This document shows positions 15,887 to 19,350 of a stretch of DNA of 19,350 nucleotides, in pieces. The translations under genes were made by a program, and so were the position numbers. The stretch lies in NCBI GenBank assembly GCA_037137535.1, contig JBAXKC010000044.1, forward strand, positions 1 to 19,350, in the 5' to 3' direction. The notes under the pieces are model-generated. The model was given only the letters and a program-made list of their open reading frames with translations. It searched no databases and was not told where the DNA came from. This DNA comes from a bacterium. GTDB lineage: Bacteria; Cyanobacteriota; Vampirovibrionia; Gastranaerophilales; JBAXKC01. How positions within the stretch are numbered: position 1 is the first letter of the stretch; each line of letters starts with the position of its first letter.

Positions 15887-16699
15887 TTAAATTAATTCAC
15901 CTGAAATAGAAATTGTATAATCTTTCATAATAACTATTTTTCCTGATTGTTCTATGGCTCGTCTTACTATGACTTCAATACCACCGCAGCATGGAACTTC
16001 CATATGGACTATACTTACAGATTTTATTTCTTGAGCTGCAAAAATATCAGCTAATTTTTCTATATAATCATCAAGTGTTTTATCTAATTTAGGGCAAAAG
16101 ATTGCTAAAACTTTTCCTTTAATGAATTTCTGATGAAAATTAGCATAAGCAAATGCAGCGCAATCTGCTGCTATAACTAATTCTGCATTTTTAAGGTAAG
16201 GGGCATTAGGGTTTAACAACTTTAATTGAACTGGCCAGTTTTGTAATTCAGACTGAAGATTTACAGATGCAGAATTATGCTCAGTATTCTTTCTTTCAAT
16301 TTGTTTAGCCATTTGCCCCGGACAACCATGAGCAGTCATATCAATATAAAGAGGAACAGGAATATTATTTTGTTTAAGGTAATCAATAGCCTGCTTCAAA
16401 AAGACTTTTTCTCCATGTTCATATAAATGCTTCAAGTGAGCTTTTATAACATTTTCCCCACCTTTTGAAACATTCTCCATTACTTTGTATTCATCATAAG
16501 GTTCAGCTTCTCGTCTTTCAACGGTAATTGCATCTTTTGGGCAAGTCCCTATACATGCCCCAAGTCCGTCACAAAACAAATCGCTTACTAAACGTGCTTT
16601 ATTATCAATAATCTGCAATGCACCCTCTGGACATCCTGTAATACAAGCACCACAGCCATTACATTTTTCTTCGTCAATTGTGATAATATCTCTTTCCAT
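15887..16699 (-). CDS. 4Fe-4S dicluster protein with C-terminal Cys-rich domain (family often found next to hcp)
   Basis: CNGCGACITGCPEGAL and CDGLGACIGTCP; GCPG, WPVQL, AADC, CPKLD and MEVPCC motifs. Confidence 0.88.
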   Translation of the reverse strand: MERDIITIDEEKCNGCGACITGCPEGALQIIDNKARLVSDLFCDGLGACIGTCPKDAITVERREAEPYDEYKVMENVSKGGENVIKAHLKHLYEHGEKVFLKQAIDYLKQNNIPVPLYIDMTAHGCPGQMAKQIERKNTEHNSASVNLQSELQNWPVQLKLLNPNAPYLKNAELVIAADCAAFAYANFHQKFIKGKVLAIFCPKLDKTLDDYIEKLADIFAAQEIKSVSIVHMEVPCCGGIEVIVRRAIEQSGKIVIMKDYTISISGELI

Positions 16700-16702
16700 G
16701 TT

Positions 16703-17305
16703 CTACTCCTTTATAAGCAGTTCTATAGAGTTCCATAATTCTTTTGATTTAGCGTCAAGATCAAACGTAAATTTAGTCATTCTCCAACGTGTAACTAAAA
16801 GCCTAAGACTTCCCATTATTAAGATACTTAAATGCTCAGCAGGGATATTATTTTTAACTTCATTTTTTTCTTGAGCTTCTATTAAGATTTTTAAGATCAT
16901 TTGTTGATGTAATTGCATAATTTCCATAACTTTTTCTGACAGTATTTCTTCATTTTGAAAAATCTCTTCAGAAAAAATTACTGTTGAAAGTTCCGGTTTT
17001 ATACAAAAAGTTTCTATTCTTTTAAAAAATATCTTTTTAAGTTTTTCAAGACTATTTTCCGTAGAATTATTTATCTGCATGATTTCTTTTTGCGAAGTAT
17101 ATTTAAATTCATCTAAAATCGCTTTTAAAATATCGAGCTTATTTTTAAAATGACGATACAAGGCTGGTTCAGAAACACCCACTTGTTCCGCAATATGTTT
17201 AGTTGTAAGATTTTGAATGCCGCCATCCGCAATTAATTTAATGCATACGTTTATTATTTGAACTTGACGATTAGAGAAAACAATTTGTTCTATATTTTTT
17301 TTCAT
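16703..17305 (-). CDS. TetR/AcrR-family transcriptional regulator
   Basis: HTH motif LTTKHIAEQVGVSEPALYRHFKNK; 3 bp from the downstream gene. Confidence 0.95.
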   Translation of the reverse strand: MKKNIEQIVFSNRQVQIINVCIKLIADGGIQNLTTKHIAEQVGVSEPALYRHFKNKLDILKAILDEFKYTSQKEIMQINNSTENSLEKLKKIFFKRIETFCIKPELSTVIFSEEIFQNEEILSEKVMEIMQLHQQMILKILIEAQEKNEVKNNIPAEHLSILIMGSLRLLVTRWRMTKFTFDLDAKSKELWNSIELLIKE

Positions 17306-17318
17306 TTCAATATGCCTA

Positions 17319-17362
17319 GTTAGTATTTGCTAACATTGTATCATTCTATTTAGATATTTCAA
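17319..17362 (-). promoter_or_regulatory. Promoter and putative TetR autoregulatory operator
   Basis: TTGAAA-16 nt-TACAAT (with TG extension) directly followed by palindrome GTTAG-N6-CTAAC (17319-17334). Confidence 0.6.
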
Positions 17363-17384
17363 GTCTTATTTTAATTTTATTAAC

Positions 17385-17420
17385 AAAAAAAAGCGTTGAA
17401 TTAAATAATTCAACGCTTTT
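17385..17420 (-). terminator. Terminator after yebC
   Basis: AAAAGCGTTGAATTA-AA-TAATTCAACGCTTTT with a T-run on the minus strand. Confidence 0.85.
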
Positions 17421-17439
17421 AAACTTTTATTGGCTTAAT

Positions 17440-18189
17440 TTATGAAAGACTTTCGAGTAGACTATCTTCCATATCAAAGTTAGAATAAACATTTTGAACA
17501 TCTTCATGATTTTCTATACTGTCAAGAAGCCTCATAAGATATTTAGCTATTTCGGCATCCTCAACATTTATCGTATTTTCAGCGGTTCTTGTTCTTTCAG
17601 CTGATTTGATTTTATATCCCGCTTTTTCAATACTTTCAGCTACTTCCTGCATAGATTCTACAGAGGTTATTACTTTATAGTTTTCATCTTCTTCAATTAA
17701 ATCGTCTGCTCCTGCATTAATCGCAGCATCAAAAAGATCCTCTTGATTAATATTCTCTTTGTCTATTGAAATTTGACCTTCTTCTTTGAACATCCAGCCA
17801 ACACAACCTGTTTCACCAAGGTTGCCGTGGTTTTTATTAAAATAACTTCTTATATCTCCGGCTGTACGATTTCTGTTATCTGTGACAGTTTCAATAAGTA
17901 TTGCAACACCACCCGGGCCATAACCTTCATAATTCACATCTTCAGTATTATCATTAGCACCTGCTCCTGCAATTTTATCAAGAAGCCTTTTAATATTATC
18001 ATTTGGCATTCCTGATGATTTAGCTTTATCAAGAGCGGTTCTAAGTCTAAAATTCCCGTCTGGATTTGCTCCACCGCATTTTGCGGCTACTAAAATTTCT
18101 CTTGAAAATTTAGCAAACACAGCACCTTTTTGAGCATCGACTTTAGCTTTTTTATGTTTAATATTTGCCCATTTAGAATGACCTGCCAT
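17440..18189 (-). CDS. yebC: YebC/PmpR (TACO1) family protein
   Basis: MAGHSKWANIKHKK, YEGYGPGGVA, TDNRNRT and EDVQNVYSN motifs. Confidence 0.97.
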   Translation of the reverse strand: MAGHSKWANIKHKKAKVDAQKGAVFAKFSREILVAAKCGGANPDGNFRLRTALDKAKSSGMPNDNIKRLLDKIAGAGANDNTEDVNYEGYGPGGVAILIETVTDNRNRTAGDIRSYFNKNHGNLGETGCVGWMFKEEGQISIDKENINQEDLFDAAINAGADDLIEEDENYKVITSVESMQEVAESIEKAGYKIKSAERTRTAENTINVEDAEIAKYLMRLLDSIENHEDVQNVYSNFDMEDSLLESLS

Positions 18190-18384
18190 ATTTTAATTCC
18201 TTTATCTCTTACCATATGATATAATTTTATAATAAAATTCTTAATGTAATTTATGTTATAAAGAAATTCTTAAATATTATTATTTTTTGTAAATGTATTT
18301 TAATATTCCATAAAAAAAAGTTATGAAAATAGAATTTCGAGGAACATTAGACTATAGATTAAATTTGAGAAAGAGGAAAAATAA

Positions 18385-19215
18385 ATGGAAATAAACACAA
18401 ATGTATCCTCTTCTATACTGCAAAAAACTTTAAATCTAAATAATACTGAAATAACAAAAACAGTAGCTAAACTGGCATCAGGCACAAGTGCATCCTCTAT
18501 TGAAGATGCAGCAAATGTCATTTTATCAGAACAACAGGATATTAAAAGACAAGATTCTCAACAGGCTATCGATAATACTCAAGCCGGAATAAGTATGCTT
18601 CAAACAGCAGATAGCGGAATGAGCTCAATAACTGACAATATGAGCAAAATTCGTGATTTATCACTACAAGGAATGAATGGAACAAATAACCAGGATGACT
18701 TAAATGCTATAAAGGCACAAATTTCTGACTTAAAAAGCCAGATTGACAATACGGCAAAAACAACTTCATTTAATAAAATTAACCTTTTAGACGGAAGTAA
18801 TAAAGATTTATCCATTCAAACAGGAATTAACTCATCTTCTAATGATAATTCAACAAACATTGGGAGTGCTCTGAATAATTCAACCTCTGAGGCATTAGGT
18901 TTGCCGACTGATGATGAGTTAAATAAAATGTTTGATAAAAGCTCAGACAGTAGCGATATATTTAAAAAGATTGATTCTGCAATGAGTACCGTAAGCGATG
19001 CAAGATCAAATATAGGAGCTATTCAGCAAACATTTGATACTCATATAGATAATCTTGCCAAAACTGCTTATTCCAGTCCAAACGTAAGTGATACTGATTA
19101 TGCAAAAGAATCGATGAATTACATTCAGGCTAAAATCAAACAGTCCGCAACTACGTCATTAATGTATCAAACAAATCATCAACCTGAAATAGCTTTATCA
19201 CTTTTTGGAGGTTGA
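18385..19215 (+). CDS. Divergent flagellin-like protein (276 aa)
   Basis: MEINTNV, KLASG, GISMLQTADSG, IRDLSLQ, TSFNKINLLDGS, RSNIGAIQ, DTDYAKE and ALSLFGG are flagellin N/C-domain motifs, but several invariant residues are lost. Confidence 0.88.
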   Translation: MEINTNVSSSILQKTLNLNNTEITKTVAKLASGTSASSIEDAANVILSEQQDIKRQDSQQAIDNTQAGISMLQTADSGMSSITDNMSKIRDLSLQGMNGTNNQDDLNAIKAQISDLKSQIDNTAKTTSFNKINLLDGSNKDLSIQTGINSSSNDNSTNIGSALNNSTSEALGLPTDDELNKMFDKSSDSSDIFKKIDSAMSTVSDARSNIGAIQQTFDTHIDNLAKTAYSSPNVSDTDYAKESMNYIQAKIKQSATTSLMYQTNHQPEIALSLFGG

Positions 19216-19235
19216 CTTATCCCATAAGTACTTAA

Positions 19236-19269
19236 AAAAACAGTATAGGTTTAAACCTATACTGTTTTT
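19236..19269 (+). terminator. Terminator after the flagellin-like gene
   Basis: Perfect palindrome AAAAACAGTATAGGTTT/AAACCTATACTGTTTTT. Confidence 0.85.
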
Positions 19270-19350
19270 GGATGTTTGATTTTAATTTAATAATGAGAAT
19301 CCATAAATAATTTTGTGTAAACCTCCGAGAAAATGTATAGTAGAAACGGA

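Noticed and set aside
18240..18300. CRP/NtcA-like TGTAA-N6-TTATA site between yebC and the flagellin-like gene
   Set aside because: An imperfect match in extremely AT-rich DNA is expected by chance.
16680..18815. Track ORFs 16680-16874, 17773-18015, 18321-18521 and 18600-18815
   Set aside because: Antisense shadows of tetR, yebC and the flagellin-like gene.

Overview
AT-rich bacterial chromosomal window (roughly 30% GC, estimated by eye). A cyanobacterial-type tRNA-Glu together with lipid A genes, flagellins and an anaerobic Ni-CODH suggests a non-photosynthetic cyanobacterial relative (Vampirovibrionia/Melainabacteria); this taxonomy is inference. Contents in order: 3' end of a large MBG-2-repeat surface protein; tRNA-Glu(UUC) with an rrn-like boxB/boxA leader; a hypothetical membrane protein; lpxD-lpxC-fabZ-lpxA; a candidate sRNA; a minus-strand rrf2-cooS-cooF-like-FAD/NAD oxidoreductase operon; an M23 peptidase; a 99-aa orphan; a STAS protein; three tandem short flagellins whose leaders are rich in CsrA-type GGA motifs; a TetR plus Fe-S protein operon; yebC; and a fourth, strongly diverged flagellin-like gene. 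No mobile element or CRISPR array was seen. Most notable: the Rrf2-controlled CODH with altered catalytic residues, the GGA-hairpin flagellin leaders, the degenerate flagellin, and the orphan terminator with an anti-Shine-Dalgarno tract.
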